A stretch of 64,000 nucleotides of DNA from Octopus vulgaris (GCA_951406725.2 OX597814.1:170562001-170626000), one strand, 5' to 3'; positions 1 through 12,484 are shown, counted from the first letter of the stretch. Numbers and translations are program-made. The notes: generated by a model not told the origin, from the letters alone.

Positions 1-332
1 AGTATTGTTTATACATGGCGTATAAACAATACTTTAGGAGCCCAAGAAGAAGCATGTGATTACTAAGATTAATTAAAGTGACTTAATAGCCATTTTATTA
101 TATGTTATATAAACATAAAAAGGGTCAACATGCAGTTTAGAGGTTTTAAATAAAACAAAAGTAAATTGACTGGAAGTGATGCCAGTATCATCTCATAATT
201 CCATAAAAAAGAACGCGAGAACATAAAGAAAATTGCTGAAATCCCTTAATTTTATTTACAGAATTCTTTCATTATGCAGCTTCCACAAGCTCCAACTAAT
301 ACAGTGTCTTTAATAATGTTTTAAGTATTTCA

Positions 333-897
333 AGGCAGTGAGCACGCCAGGTGAAACGCATAGTGGTATTTCGTCTGCCTTTGCGTTCTGAGTTCAAATT
401 CTGCTGAGGTTAACTTTGCCTTTCATCCTTTTGGGGGTCGATAAATTAAGTACCAGTTATGCACTGGGGTCGATGTAATCGACTTAATACCTATGTCTGT
501 CCTTGTTTGTCCCCTCTGTGTTTAGCCCCTTGTGAGTAATAAAGAAATAGGTATTTCGTCTGCCTTTGTGTTCTGAGTTCAAATTCTGCTGAGGTTAACT
601 TTGCCTTTCATCCTTTTGGGGTCGATAAATTAAGTACCAGTTATGCACTGGGGTCAATGTAATCGACTTAATCTCTTTGCCTGTCCTTGTTTGCCCCTCT
701 ATGTTTAGCCCCTCGTGGGCAGTAAAGAAATAGGTATTTCGTCTACCTTTGCATTCTGAGTTCAGATTCTGCCGAGGTCAGCTTTGCCTTTTATCCTTTT
801 GGGGTCGATAAATTAAGTACCAGTTGTGTACTGGAGTCGATCTAATCAACTGGCCCCCTTTCCAAAAGTTTCTGGCCTTGTGCCAAGAGGAGAAAAG
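333..897 (+). mobile_element. tRNA-derived SINE with three tandem ~185-bp internal units (MetaSINE-like domain)
   Basis: B-box-like GAGTTCAAAT and the motif GCCTTTCATCCTTTTGGGGTCGATAAATTAAGTACCAG occur three times. An 18-bp TSD with 2 mismatches (aat[g/a]tt[t/c]taagtatttca) lies at 315-332 and 898-915. Confidence 0.8.
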
Positions 898-916
898 AAT
901 ATTCTAAGTATTTCAG

Positions 917-930
917 AAAAAGCTGCCAAG
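917..930 (+). other. Candidate 14-nt microexon (xKAAK) of an unidentified host gene
   Basis: tttcag|AAAAAGCTGCCAAG|gtacac, followed by three TGCATG (Rbfox-type) motifs at 993, 1003 and 1047. Confidence 0.3.
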
Positions 931-1194
931 GTACACTATTCCAATGTAATACACTCAGCAATACACACCACAGTGAAAGCAATACATTGGCTTGCATGTC
1001 AATGCATGGAAGTCAATACAGTTACATATAAACAATGCTATAACCCTGCATGACAAATGAGCTGTACAGAGGGAACCAACAGGAAGTAGTGTTGCTGTTC
1101 CGGTTGATTCTCATTCTATACATTGGTTATGCTACTAGATAATTTACATGAAATTATCAGATTTTCATTGTTGTAACCTGTGGTCATTTTACTG

Positions 1195-1375
1195 TCATAA
1201 TCATCATCATCATTTAATGTCTGTTTTGCATGCTGGCATGGGTTGGATGGTTTGACAGAATTTGACCAGCTGGAGAGCTGCCTGGGTCCTATTTGTCTTT
1301 CAGCATGGTTATGATGCCCTTCCTAATGTAAATCACTTTACAGTAGTGTGGTAGGTGCTTTTATGTGGCACTGAC
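1195..1375 (-). mobile_element. Dispersed repeat family B fragment, (GAT)n-tailed SINE-like element
   Basis: catcatcat...tgctggcatgggttggatgg...gatgcccttcctaa, shared with many copies in the window. Confidence 0.7.
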
Positions 1376-1376
1376 A

Positions 1377-1610
1377 TACTCTTTTACTTGTTTCAGTCAT
1401 TTGACTGTGGCCATGCTGGAGCACTTCCTTTAGTCAAGCACATTGACCCCAGGACTTATTCTTTGTAAGCCTAGTACTTATTCTGTCGGTCTCTTTTGCT
1501 GAACCGCTAAGTTATGGGGATGTAAACACACCAGCATCGGTTGTCAAGCGATGTTGAGGGGACAAACACAGACACACAAACATATACACATACACACATA
1601 TACATACATA
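1377..1610 (-). mobile_element. SINE family A, 3' part
   Basis: Reverse complement of the 3' half of the full copy at 3712-4119. Confidence 0.8.
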
Positions 1611-1619
1611 TACAATTGA

Positions 1620-2480
1620 CAAACTTGTTTATATGACTGGTGTGTCCTGGAACCCCTGCCAATGTATTTTGAGTGAGGAATTGCAAATGAAAAGAGTTGC
1701 AGCCAAATTTGTGCTTTGTTTGTTCACAGGAGATCAAAAGTAGTCACACCTCAGTGCATGTTGTGAACAGAAAGAACAGTCAGAAGTTGATCTGGACATT
1801 TTTATGAAGGTCATCACTGGTGATGAAAGCTGCTGCCATGCCTACAACCCGGAAATGAAGCAGCAATCAAGTCAATGGAAACAATTAATGTCACCACGAC
1901 CCCAAAAAGAACGTCAAGTGAAGTCTAATGCCAAGACAATACTAGTTTGTTTCATCAATGTGAAAGGAATTGTCCGCATAGAATTTCTTCCTCTTGGTCA
2001 AACTGTTAAACAGACATTTTACTTGGCAGTTCTGAAATGTTTGTGAGACGTGGTGAGACAAAAAGGCTCCAATCTGTGGCAAAGTGGAGAGTGGCGGTTT
2101 CATCATGACAATGCACCTGTGCACACCGCCTTGAGTGTGAGACAGTTTTTGACCCAAAATGGCATGAATCCACTTACCCACCCTCCCTATTCATCCAGTT
2201 TTGCTCCCTGCAACTTTTTTTGTTTCTCACAATGAAAGAAGAGACCTTAAAGAAAAGTGTTTTACCGATGTGGAAGAGGTGAAGGAAAAAAAGACAGAAG
2301 TGTTAGAAGGTGTCACTTCACAAGAGTCCCAGAACCGTTTTGAATGGTAGGAAATGTGTCTGGACTGATGCATTTCTTCAAATAGAGAATACTTTGAAAG
2401 TAATAAAAGTGTAAACATGTAAAGCTATGTGAATAAAATGATATTGCAAAATTCCGGTTTCTTTTCAGTACCCCCTTGTA
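1620..2480 (+). mobile_element. Degenerate mariner transposon (transposase pseudogene)
   Basis: ORFs 1804-2046 (VITGDES...) and 2050-2235 (FHHDNAPVH, HPPYSSSFAPCNF) match mariner catalytic motifs, with stops. A TIR-like end plus TA lies near 2480. Confidence 0.85.
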
Positions 2481-3477
2481 TGTGTACATATAGATGCATA
2501 CGTGCATATATTTATATGCACATATGCACATACATGCAAATTCATATATGCATGCATGCAGACACACACACAATCACAAATGTATATTATTATTTACAAA
2601 TCATATTTAGCTAGACACCATTTGTTAGATTTGTAATCAAAGTTCAAAAAAGTGCTACAAAAAGAGAGAGAGGGGAAGGGAGAATGTGTGTGTATGTGTG
2701 TGTGTGTGTGTGTGTGAGTGCATATGTGAGTGTATACATAATAGGAATAATGTAGGTATAACACTACTAAGATTACTCCTTTGAAAACAATAAAATTTCA
2801 ATCAGCTGATTTTGTTGGAGTTAACTCCCTTGCTTGTTTTTCTTTTCTAAGACACTTAAAGACTCCTTGAGGGAAATTTCATCTACTAACTGCATGAATA
2901 ACCTCAGTTAATTGAAGTTTTTTTTTACTCATTATAGTACATATGTTAGCCCCTTCAGTATATATGTTTAGTATGCAGAACACGCCCCTGGGGTACACAA
3001 CATTGCTTGCTCTTCCATGTCTTTCTTCTATCTGATTGGCTAAAAAAAAAATGAAAGAAGGACCCCAAAAAAAAAATTGCTTGAAACTGGAATTTGATTA
3101 GCTAATCAACCATTGCACTAGAATTGTTGATCACTCACTCACACATACACTCTCTCTTTCTCTCTCTTCTCTCTCACTCATGCAGAAATGTATCCTTTCT
3201 CTCTCTGTCCTTCTCTGTAAATTCTTTTCCTATTTGTTCTGTTTGTCAGTTAATCCATCATTAACAGCATGCTACCACTTTCTCATTTGTCTATTCTGCA
3301 GGGGTTTGGTTAGTTGGTTGGTCTGTTGGAGAGGATTTTTGTTTTTTGACCTTATTTTTTTTTTTCTTACCCTTCCTCTTTACTTGATTTATCTATAAAT
3401 AGAACATTAGGTGCTTACAAGATAGATAATGTGAACTACAAAAGTCCTTATACCTATTGATCCAGTGCTCTCCAATA

Positions 3478-3556
3478 CAGCCAGCCAGCCAGCCAGCCAG
3501 CCAGCCAACCAGCCAGCCAACCTGCCAGCCAGCCAGCCAGCCAGCCAACCAGCCAG
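3478..3556 (+). repeat. (CAGC)n tetranucleotide microsatellite
   Basis: Directly visible. Confidence 0.95.
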
Positions 3557-3597
3557 TTAGACTCCAGCCCACTTCACTGGAATGTGATTCTTTTCAG

Positions 3598-3641
3598 TTC
3601 CACTTTGTCGCTGTATTTGAACCTTTCTGAATCATTTTGAG
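3598..3641 (+). other. Candidate 44-nt exon with strong splice sites and stops in all three frames
   Basis: gattcttttcag|TTCCAC...TTTGAG|gtgagt, in unique sequence. Confidence 0.35.
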
Positions 3642-3711
3642 GTGAGTTGCAAAAAAGTTGATACAGTTAAATAATAGGATGAAATGTATATATATACACA
3701 TATAAAGTTAC

Positions 3712-4119
3712 AGGAGCGGCTGTGCGATAAGTAGCTTGCTTACCTACCACATAGTTCCGGGTTCAGTCCCACTGCGTGGCACCTTGGGCAAGTGTCTTCT
3801 ACTATAGCCTCGGGCCAACCAAAGCCTTGTGAGTGGATTTGGTAGTCGGAAACTGAAAGAAATCCGTCGTATATATGTATATGTATAGAAATGTGTGTGT
3901 GTATATGTTTGTGTGTCTGTGTTTGTCCCCCCAACATCGCTTAACGACTGATGCTGGTGTGTTTACGTCCCCGTAACTTTGCAGTTCAGCAAAAGAGACT
4001 GATAGAATAAGTACTAGGCTTACAAAGAATAAGTCCTGGGGTTAATTTTGGTTGACTAAAGGCAGTGCTCCAGCATGGCCGCAGTCAAATGACTGAAACA
4101 AGTGAAAGAGTAAAGAGTA
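3712..4119 (+). mobile_element. SINE family A, full length (tRNA head, CORE-like segment, LINE-derived tail)
   Basis: Head with GGTTCAGTCCC B-box-like motif, CORE-like accttgggcaagt, internal (TG)n, and tail cagcatggccgcagtcaaatgactgaaacaag with (AAAGAGT)-type repeats. Confidence 0.85.
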
Positions 4120-4202
4120 TAGGATTTTCTTCCCATACTTTTAGTTGCTTTAGTTATCTTATTTATTTATTTATAGTAAAAGAATAAAAGAATAAAGGAA
4201 TA

Positions 4203-4606
4203 TATAAGATGACCAGAAGTTTTGAGACTTTTTTCAGAAGAGACATTTCTTGATTTCAAAAAAATTTCAAAATTCTAATCTCCTTCAGAGTAGGACCCTC
4301 TGACTTTAACGCACTTGTTGTAGTGCTTCGGCGACTTTGTGAAAATCTCAAAGAAGCCCTACAAAGTGAAGGTGTCTTAGACCCTAGTCACAGCTTCTTT
4401 TATCTTCCCCTTGTGGCCTAGTGCTTAGGATGCTGCACTCATGATTGTCAGATAGTGGGGTTCAATTCCTGGACCAGGTGGTGCTCTAGTGTTGTGTGTC
4501 AAAGAATAGACTCAGCAGTTTCTCTGCATGTTGTAAGAGGCAAATGAAAATGGTTGAGGTAGGATTTGCATTTCGATATATCTGTACAGAAGGTATTGAG
4601 TTAACG

Positions 4607-4662
<56 letters not shown>

Positions 4663-4672
4663 TACCACTACC

Positions 4673-4756
<84 letters not shown>

Positions 4757-5505
4757 CACCACCACTTCATAATTAAACTCCGCCTTGAATTTTGACAAAA
4801 ATACAGCTGATTCTTACTAACTTGGAATATTTTGCTTGGGAAACAATGAAAAGTCACAGGGAGCATGATCTGAACTGTGGGGAGTTTGAGGGACAGTGTT
4901 GATGCCCATCTTTGTTAAGTAGTTGGTTACCAGGATGGAATTGTGGACTGATGCATTGGCCTGGTGCAGGAGCTCTGATGTTTTGCAACGAAATATCTTT
5001 ATGAATTCCCTCCAAACCTCCTCAGGGTACTCTTTGTCAACGATCTAGCCAGAAAGAACCCAATGGGTGTAGATAATGCTCTTTTTACTGTAAAAGGGAT
5101 CGTCATGAACTTTCCCATGGACTTGCTTTGCCTGGCTTCTTGTGCCAGCAAAAAAAAAAACAGATACTCAGCACATACAAGTTAATTCATAAGCAATCTG
5201 GATCAGTTCATAAGTTTCTGTAGCATTTTAAAGCCAGTTTACCAGAAAACTTCATTGCATATCAAACTTCCAAATTGTCTTCATGTCCTGACTGCTATCT
5301 GCAGATTAGTGAGCTGTGACATGCAATGGTTAGTGATGTGTGTTCAAAGTGCTTTTACAGTTGTCTCCATCAATCTGGAATTACAGAAGTAGGCAGATCA
5401 GCTTACTAGAAATATAGTAAGGATATGCTAAAACCACAATAATCTAGAACAGTTAATACTTCCGCTCCTAAAACAATCTTAAAGCTTCTAGAATGAACCT
5501 CATAT
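4203..5505 (-). mobile_element. Highly degenerate mariner remnant interrupted by a SINE-like insertion
   Basis: The minus strand reads LHQANASVHNS and PQTPHSSDHAPCDF, degenerate forms of HDNA..H and PYSPDLAPCDF. Confidence 0.6.
4412..4825 (+). mobile_element. tRNA-headed SINE-like element with internal (CTA)n
   Basis: A/B-box-like tggcctagtgcttagg...ggttcaattcc and tgcatgttgtaagaggcaa motif. Homologous to 8585-8957 on both sides of the microsatellite. Confidence 0.7.
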
Positions 5506-5744
5506 ATATCTATATTGGGTTCAGTCTCAGTGTGTAGCCTTCTACTATAGCCTCAGACAGTCAAAGCCTTGAGAGTGGATTTGGTTGATGGCAACTGAAA
5601 GAAACCTGTCATTCATTCATTCACACATACATACTTAAATACATACATTCATACACACACATACATTCCTATATATACACACACATACATACTTATATAC
5701 ACACACATATACATACACATACATGTATATGTGTGTGTATGTAT

Positions 5745-6151
5745 GTATTGGCCAACAGGAAGAGTGTTGTTTTCCAACATGATAATGCAAGACCGCAAAT
5801 TTCTTTGGGAACCAGACAAAAATTGCTGCAGCTCGGCTGGGATGTGTTACCCCACCCTCCATATTCACCAGATATTGCTCCTTTGGACTTCCACTTATTC
5901 AGGTCTCTGCAGAATAGTCTTAATGGTAAAAATTTCAATTCCTTGGATGACGTAAAAAGATACCTTGATGAATTATTTGCTATGAAACCACCTCAATTCT
6001 GGGAAGAGGGTATTTTCAAGTTAAAGGAAAGATGGAGATGCATTGTACAACAAAATGGTTTGTATTTGGTTGATTAAAATGTAATGGCAAGTATTTATTG
6101 ACCTTTTTCTTTCCTTTAAAAATCGGCACGAACTTTTGGGACAACCCAATA
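5745..6151 (+). mobile_element. Mariner 3' fragment with right TIR
   Basis: ORF 5733-6077 contains FQHDNARP and HPPYSPDIAPLDFHLF (DD34D C-terminus). TIR acgaacttttgggacaacccaa followed by TA at 6128-6151. Confidence 0.9.
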
Positions 6152-6229
6152 ATTGTATGACAGCTACATCAAGTTTAGTTTTTTGTTACACTCTAACCTT
6201 TCATCATCTGGCACAAGCTCATCTCATCC

Positions 6230-6592
6230 AATGCCTCCTCTCCTCGCTAAGGATCTTTGTCTTACAAGTTACTTGGTGACCCTACCCATGCTGATGCCAT
6301 GTAAAAAGCATCCAGTCAACACTGCAAAGTGGTTGGCATTTGGAAGGTCATCCAGTTGTAAAAATCATGCCAAAACTGACCTTACATGTGCTAGTGGCAC
6401 ATAAAAGACTCTCAGTTTATTCTGTAGGGTGGTTGGATTTAGGAAGGGTATCCAGCTGTAAAAGCCATGCCAAAGCTGACAGCAAAGCCTGGTGCAGTCT
6501 TCTGCTTAGCCAGCTCCTGTCAAACCATTCAACCCATGCCAGAATGGAAGGTAGATATTAAACAATGATGATGATGATGATGACGATGATGA
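6230..6592 (+). mobile_element. Family B-related repeat, diverged
   Basis: Two gtggttgg..ggaagg..atccag.tgtaaaa units and a (GAT)n tail. Confidence 0.65.
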
Positions 6593-6598
6593 AGTAAT

Positions 6599-7144
6599 TT
6601 AAACGTTTTTAGCATTGAGATTACTCTGTCAAATGTAATGCGTATTTATCCACATTCTTTTGAATTCATCATCATCATCATCATCGTTTAACGTCCATTT
6701 TCCATGCTAGCATGGGTTGGATGGTTAGACCGGGGTCTGGGAAGCCAGGAGGCTGCACCAGACTCCAGTCTGATCTGGCAGTGTTTCTACAGCTGGATGC
6801 CCTTCCTAACGCCAACCATTCCGTGAGTGTAGTGGGTGCGTTTTACGTGCCAGGTGAGGCTGGCAATGGCCACGATCGGTTGGTGATTTTTACGTGCCAC
6901 TGGGCCAGGCGAAGCTGGCAGCGCTGGCAACGGCCACATTCGGATGGTTCTTTTACGTGCCACCGGCACTGATATCACAACTATTAATCGTGAATTATCT
7001 TGTAGCTTTGAGATTTCAAAGATGTGACCGTTTACTTTTAGAATGGCATTGTTGTGTATGTGTGAGAGTGTGGATTTGGCTGGTTTGAACTTAAAACAGA
7101 ATATTTGGCCTGGGTATAGCTGGTTTAAATGCTAAAGGGTTAAA
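6599..7144. mobile_element. piggyBac-like MITE with a nested family B insertion (about 6667-6975, minus strand)
   Basis: Ends in aatgctaaagggTTAA. Colinear with the intact copy at 24924-25144 once the insertion is removed. Confidence 0.7.
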
Positions 7145-8584
7145 ACAGTATTATTTTGATGCTAAGTCTCCTCCTGCTGAAAACCATGTGTGGCGTTTGA
7201 TTGTGCACAGCAATCTATTGTTTTGCTGTCATATTTAGTCTTGCATGATTATCTGTTGATTTATAATTATTTTATGGCATGTATTTTAAATTCTTTATTC
7301 TTTATGTTCAGTCTCTACTTTATTATTTATTTAATCTATTTTTTTAAATTTTCAGTGTTCATTTTCTGATAAATTAATTTCGATGAATACAAAAACAGTG
7401 AAATTATCTTGACGATTACGTTCAATTTGGATATGTACTGCTCTGGAAATCTGATACAGCGGTATCCCAAGGTGTTGTAATATATTTTGAGATTCTGAGC
7501 AATGATGCAATTCACCCCACACATTTAGAACATCATCTGATAACACATTCTGATTTAGCTGATAAACCATGGGAAGTCTTTCAGTTACAAATTCACTCAT
7601 TAAAACATGGTAAAATGGACATTTGTGGATCATTTCATTCACAGACATGAAAAGCTGTCGAAGCATCACATGAAATGGCCTTATTGATTGCAAATATCAA
7701 AAAATGCCGTCACAGGGAAAGATTCTCATAAAACCAAGTTTATTGTGAGCATTAAAACTCATCATTGGTAAGGACTGTACAAATAAACTTTGTGTCAAAT
7801 AATACTGTCATGGATAGGACTGCCAAAATGTCCGTGGGCCTCAAAAATCAAGTTCTTGACTAATTAAGATTTTCTTCTGTGTTTACCACTCATTTGGATG
7901 AAATGATTGACATTGTTCAATACTTGCCACTAATTGTTTGTTAGTCTCATCTCAGACAATAGTCTTAAAGAAGAATGCTATTTTTTTCATTCCATAGAAA
8001 ATTTTGCAATGTCACAGATTTTTTCAAGTAGTTATGAATTTTTTTTTAGTACAACCAGCTTTTAATAAAGCTGGCTCTTTTGTAGGGATCTCTACTGATG
8101 GAAGTTCAAGAATGCTTAGTATGCAACCTGCTTATATAGAAGCAGTGTAAGAAAAAAAAGCCCAGTATCTGAAAATATGCATTGCATCCTTCATCAGGAA
8201 TTGGAAGATGTCATGAACCTAGCTGCTAAGGCAGTCAGTTTTATTAAAGCTAGATTTTTATGCAATCATCTCTTCAAAAGATTGTGTAAGATATGGATTC
8301 AGAGAATCAAACTCAATTTTTTCATATGAATATGTAATGGCTTTCAAATGGAAACATGCTTTGAAGGCTATATGAATTATAAGAGGTGGCAATATTTCTA
8401 AATTCACATTAGAAAGCAGATCTACCTGATAAGTTTAGATTAAAAGAATTTGTTTTCTGCCTCTTGCACATGTAGTGAACATCTTTGATGAAACTCTAAA
8501 TTCACTTAACCTTAAAGTTCAAGAAGAAAATATGAACATAATTTTGCACCATAATTTTATTCAAATCTTCATGACTGCTGTGTG

Positions 8585-8837
8585 AAAGCCTAATTCTTAG
8601 GATGTTGCACTCACGATTGTCAGATAGTGGGTTCAATTCTTGGACCAGGTGGTGCTCTAGTGTTGTGTGTCAAAGAACAGACTCAACAGTTTCTCTGCAT
8701 GTCGTAAAAGGCAACTGAAAATGGTTGAGGTAGGATTTTCACAGACCCATGAGTTGCCACCTGAGTGGTGCAAAGGTTATTCACTGGGAGTAGGGAATCA
8801 CAAACAAATGGTGGACACCGCAATGCGCATTCCATCA

Positions 8838-8884
<47 letters not shown>

Positions 8885-8957
8885 ATACTACTACTTCATA
8901 ATTAAACCTCACCTTGAATTTTAACAAAAAAATCCAGCCGATTCTTACTAACTTGGA
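8585..8957 (+). mobile_element. Second copy of the (CTA)n-containing SINE-like element, inserted in the hAT relic
   Basis: Homology to 4412-4825. Confidence 0.7.
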
Positions 8958-9305
8958 TTATTATGCTGTCAACGATAATTTCCGTACTTCAAAATAAAAC
9001 ATGAATAATCACTGATCTAATAGGGTTAATCATATACTTTACAAATATCTATGTTTGTAAAGTATATTTATAAAGAAACAAATGTCAGTGTGAGGAAATC
9101 TGATGTTTCTGATGAAGTCCAAGAAAGGTTTCTTGAGTTAAGTTTAGTACATCAGCTGAAGAAGACTACGAAACACTTGATATAGAAATATTCTGGATAA
9201 AATACCTTCCTATTCATCTCTTGATATCAAATTGGTCTTTTAAAATTCTGTTGTTTGTTTCTTTGTAAAGCCGCATTTTCAGTGCTTGCTGCTGTCAATA
9301 CTAAA

Positions 9306-9757
9306 TTCTGAATGCCTTACTTCTCTGGACATAGATACATTGAAACTCCGACATCTGGCAGCTGACTTGGCAGACACCCATAAAATTATTAACCATCTTA
9401 CAAACAATAACTCTGAGCACCTTTTCAAACTCCACCTGTCTAAAGTCAGAAAACAGCACAGCTCCCATGACTTTCGGAAACATTTTTACACGCTAAGAGT
9501 TACTGAAGTATGGAACAAACTGCCGGCATCAGTTGTTAGTTGTCGGAGCACTGCATCCTTCAAAACTTCCATGCTTCCTGAGATTCGCCAACACTACACC
9601 TGATTTTCTCCCCTCCATACACAGCAAGCATGTATTTGACTCATACACTGTTCACTTCCCAGACATTTGTACATTACCGCATATGCTTTATACATACTTT
9701 TGACAAGTTGTGGTGCACCTGAGTACTGTATACAATAATTTCATTATTATTATTATA
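9306..9757 (+). mobile_element. CR1/L2-group LINE 3' end
   Basis: TLKLRHLAADL..FYTLRVTEVWNKLP C-terminal ORF2 motif, (ATT)n tail and a short taaat TSD. Related copies lie at about 44720-44880 and 61808-62110. Confidence 0.8.
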
Positions 9758-10052
9758 AATACAGAAACAAGCTGAATGTCAAAACAGACTTATGTTGTAC
9801 TCTTAACAACAATTTAATCATGCATTGAAAACCTCGTAGCTATGAGGCAATGTCAGGTGTTTCATTAAATTTTATGTCAATAATATATTTCTTTTTCGAA
9901 ATTTCATTAATTTTTTGGTAGTCACTGGTTCTGCTAATCTCATATTTCAATTGCATTTTTTTTCATTTCATATTATGTTTATGATTTTTAATAAATCTAT
10001 TTTAATTAGATATGCTGTATATATAATTGTTGGCTTTACTCTTTATTATCGA

Positions 10053-10112
<60 letters not shown>

Positions 10113-10120
10113 CATTATTA

Positions 10121-10396
10121 TCATTCAGTAGTATATTTTTTATATCGTGCTTTCACTTCACTACCGAGTGCAGCTCTGTGTGCCTTGGGTATGTGCTGTG
10201 ATTTGTTGTGATGCTCTGATGGTTATTGTATGGAAAGTGTTCTGCGTAGGATGTGTGCAGTGCCTAGTAGTGCAATTTTCTGTATGTTATATGTGTTTGT
10301 TAGTCCTGGTGTTTTTGTTATGTATTTGTCTGAATATTTTTTTATCATGCCTAATGCACCTATTATGATAGGAATTGTTTCTGCTTTTAGATTCCA

Positions 10397-10399
<3 letters not shown>
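10121..10399 (-). mobile_element. R4/Dong-clade non-LTR retrotransposon 3' end within (TAA)n, copy 1
   Basis: WNLKAETIPIIIGALG...IQKIALLGTAHILRRTL, the C-terminus of RLE-type elements. Flanked by (TAA)n on both sides. Confidence 0.8.
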
Positions 10400-10462
<63 letters not shown>

Positions 10463-10494
10463 CATTATCATCATCATCATCATCATCATTATTA

Positions 10495-10770
10495 TCATTC
10501 AGTAGTATATTTTTTATATCGTGCTTTCACTTCACTACCGAGCGCAGCTCTGTGTGCCTTGGGTATGTGCTGTGATTTGTTGTGATGCTCTGATGGTTAT
10601 TGTATGGAAAGTGTTCTGCGTAGGATGTGTGCAGTGCCTAGTAGTGCAATTTTCTGTACGTTATATGTGTTTGTTAGTCCTGGTGTTTTTGTTATGTATT
10701 TGTCTGAATATTTTTTTATCATGCCTAATGCACCTATTATGATAGGAATTGTTTCTGCTTTTAGATTCCA

Positions 10771-10773
<3 letters not shown>
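10495..10773 (-). mobile_element. R4/Dong-clade 3' end, copy 2 (374-bp period)
   Basis: Near-identical to 10121-10399, with the same truncation point. Confidence 0.8.
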
Positions 10774-10816
<43 letters not shown>

Positions 10817-10904
10817 TGATGAAAACTGTTGGCTTATTTTGCTGGGAATGATGGAAAGTGCCAGCTGTCTACAGCCAGTAGACTAAGGTAACACTTGTTT
10901 ACTT

Positions 10905-11410
10905 GTCATGCTCCAAGAACCCTGCAAAGAATTCCTGCAGTTCCAAGCAATACTGATTTTTGTAGGTGTTCTATCCTTATTTTGCACCAGTCTTTTTGCG
11001 CTATGTTGATAGTTGAGTGCTGATACTTCCAAATGCACCGATCACTATTGGTATCAAATCTAGTCTCCTCATTGACCAAAACATTCATATTTCCTACTTC
11101 AAATCTTCATAATTGTTCAATTTTCCTTCTTTTTTTCTCTTTGATCCTGGTGTCTCGGGACATGCTATGTCGATTATCATACAATTTTTTTCTTTTTTAT
11201 TCATCATAATAATGTCTGGTTTCCCATGTTTGGTCAGGTGATTTCACTGAATCATTCCACAGTATTTTGCAATCTTCATTCTCAGTGACTTCTTCTGCGG
11301 TTTTCTCATACCACATCTTTGCTCCTTGTTGGTTGTAGTTTCCACAGAGCTCCCTCTGGATCATTCTTGCCACATTGTCATGTCAGCTTTTGGATTCGTG
11401 TTGTAGTACC
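10905..11410 (-). mobile_element. Older R4-clade RLE endonuclease fragment
   Basis: Remnants HDNVARMI..MWYEK..CKILW..MIIDIAC and HLQKSVLLGTAGIL. Confidence 0.7.
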
Positions 11411-11454
11411 TTCACATAGACACATTATGTCTTCACATTTACACATAGACATAT

Positions 11455-11671
11455 CTTTCTTTTACTTTCTTTTATTTGTTTCAATCATTTGACTGTGGCC
11501 ATGCTGGAGCACCACCTTTAGTTGAACAAATCAACCGCAGTAATTATTATTTGTAAGCCTAGTACTTATTCTATCGGATCTCTTTTGCCAAACTGCTAAG
11601 TTACGGGGGCGTGAACACACCAACATTGGTTGTCAAGCGATGGTGGTGGGGACAAACACAGACACACAAGC

Positions 11672-11712
<41 letters not shown>

Positions 11713-11953
11713 CACACATATCTGTATATATACGAAAGGCTTATTTCGATTGTTTTAATTTCAATTGGTGGGATTCTTCTGTAATTTGTTTATATTCATA
11801 TGTTAAAGATATTTTTTAATCCACATCATTAATTGGTAAACCATGATGTTTGTGCTGCATGCTGATTGGACAAAATCATATTCCAAACTTACATACATAC
11901 ACACACATACATACACACACAAACATACATATGTACATACATACATACATACA

Positions 11954-11986
<33 letters not shown>

Positions 11987-12357
11987 CTTTTATCTTTTAC
12001 TTGTTTCAGTCATTAACTGTGGCCATGCTGGGGCACCACTTTAAGAATTTTAGTTCAACTTATTGACTCCAATACTTATTTTTTGTAAGGCCTGTTACTT
12101 ATTCTATTGGGCTTTTTGCTGATCCGCTAAATTATGGGGACATAAATACACTAACACTAGTTGTTAAGCAGTAGAGGGAGACAAACACACACACACACAT
12201 AACAGGCTTCTTTCAGTTTCCATCTATCAAATCCACTCATAAAGCTTTGATCAGCTCGAGGCTATAGTAGAAGACATTTGCCCAAGTTATCACACAGGCG
12301 GACAGAACCCAAAACCATACGGTTGAGAAGCAAGCTTCTTACCACACAGCCATGCCT
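11455..12357 (-). mobile_element. Two SINE family A copies (about 11455-11745 and 11985-12357)
   Basis: Homology to 3712-4119. Confidence 0.8.
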
Positions 12358-12441
12358 ATAGCCTCGCCTACACCCATTATCATCAATGATGATGAAATAT
12401 GTATGTACATACATATATATGTGTGTGTGTGTATAAATATA

Positions 12442-12484
<43 letters not shown>

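Larger units (their letters stand above)
7383..9870 (+). mobile_element. Degenerate hAT (Buster/Charlie-type) transposase with two nested insertions
   Basis: Plus-strand peptide remnants in order: YLDDYVQFG..EILSNDAIHPTHLEHHL (BED finger), VGISTDG, MHCILHQE, FIKAR, LCKAAFSVL, KYRNKLNV. Many stops and frameshifts. Confidence 0.8.

Noticed and set aside
3030-3200. CCAAT-box-like ctgattggct as a promoter
   Set aside because: A single short motif with no other supporting evidence.
7352-7693. 113-aa minus-strand ORF
   Set aside because: Antisense shadow of the plus-strand hAT BED-finger remnant.
9155-9180. ctgaagaagactacgaaac hammerhead-like string
   Set aside because: Stems I and III do not form, and it lies in hAT coding remnant.
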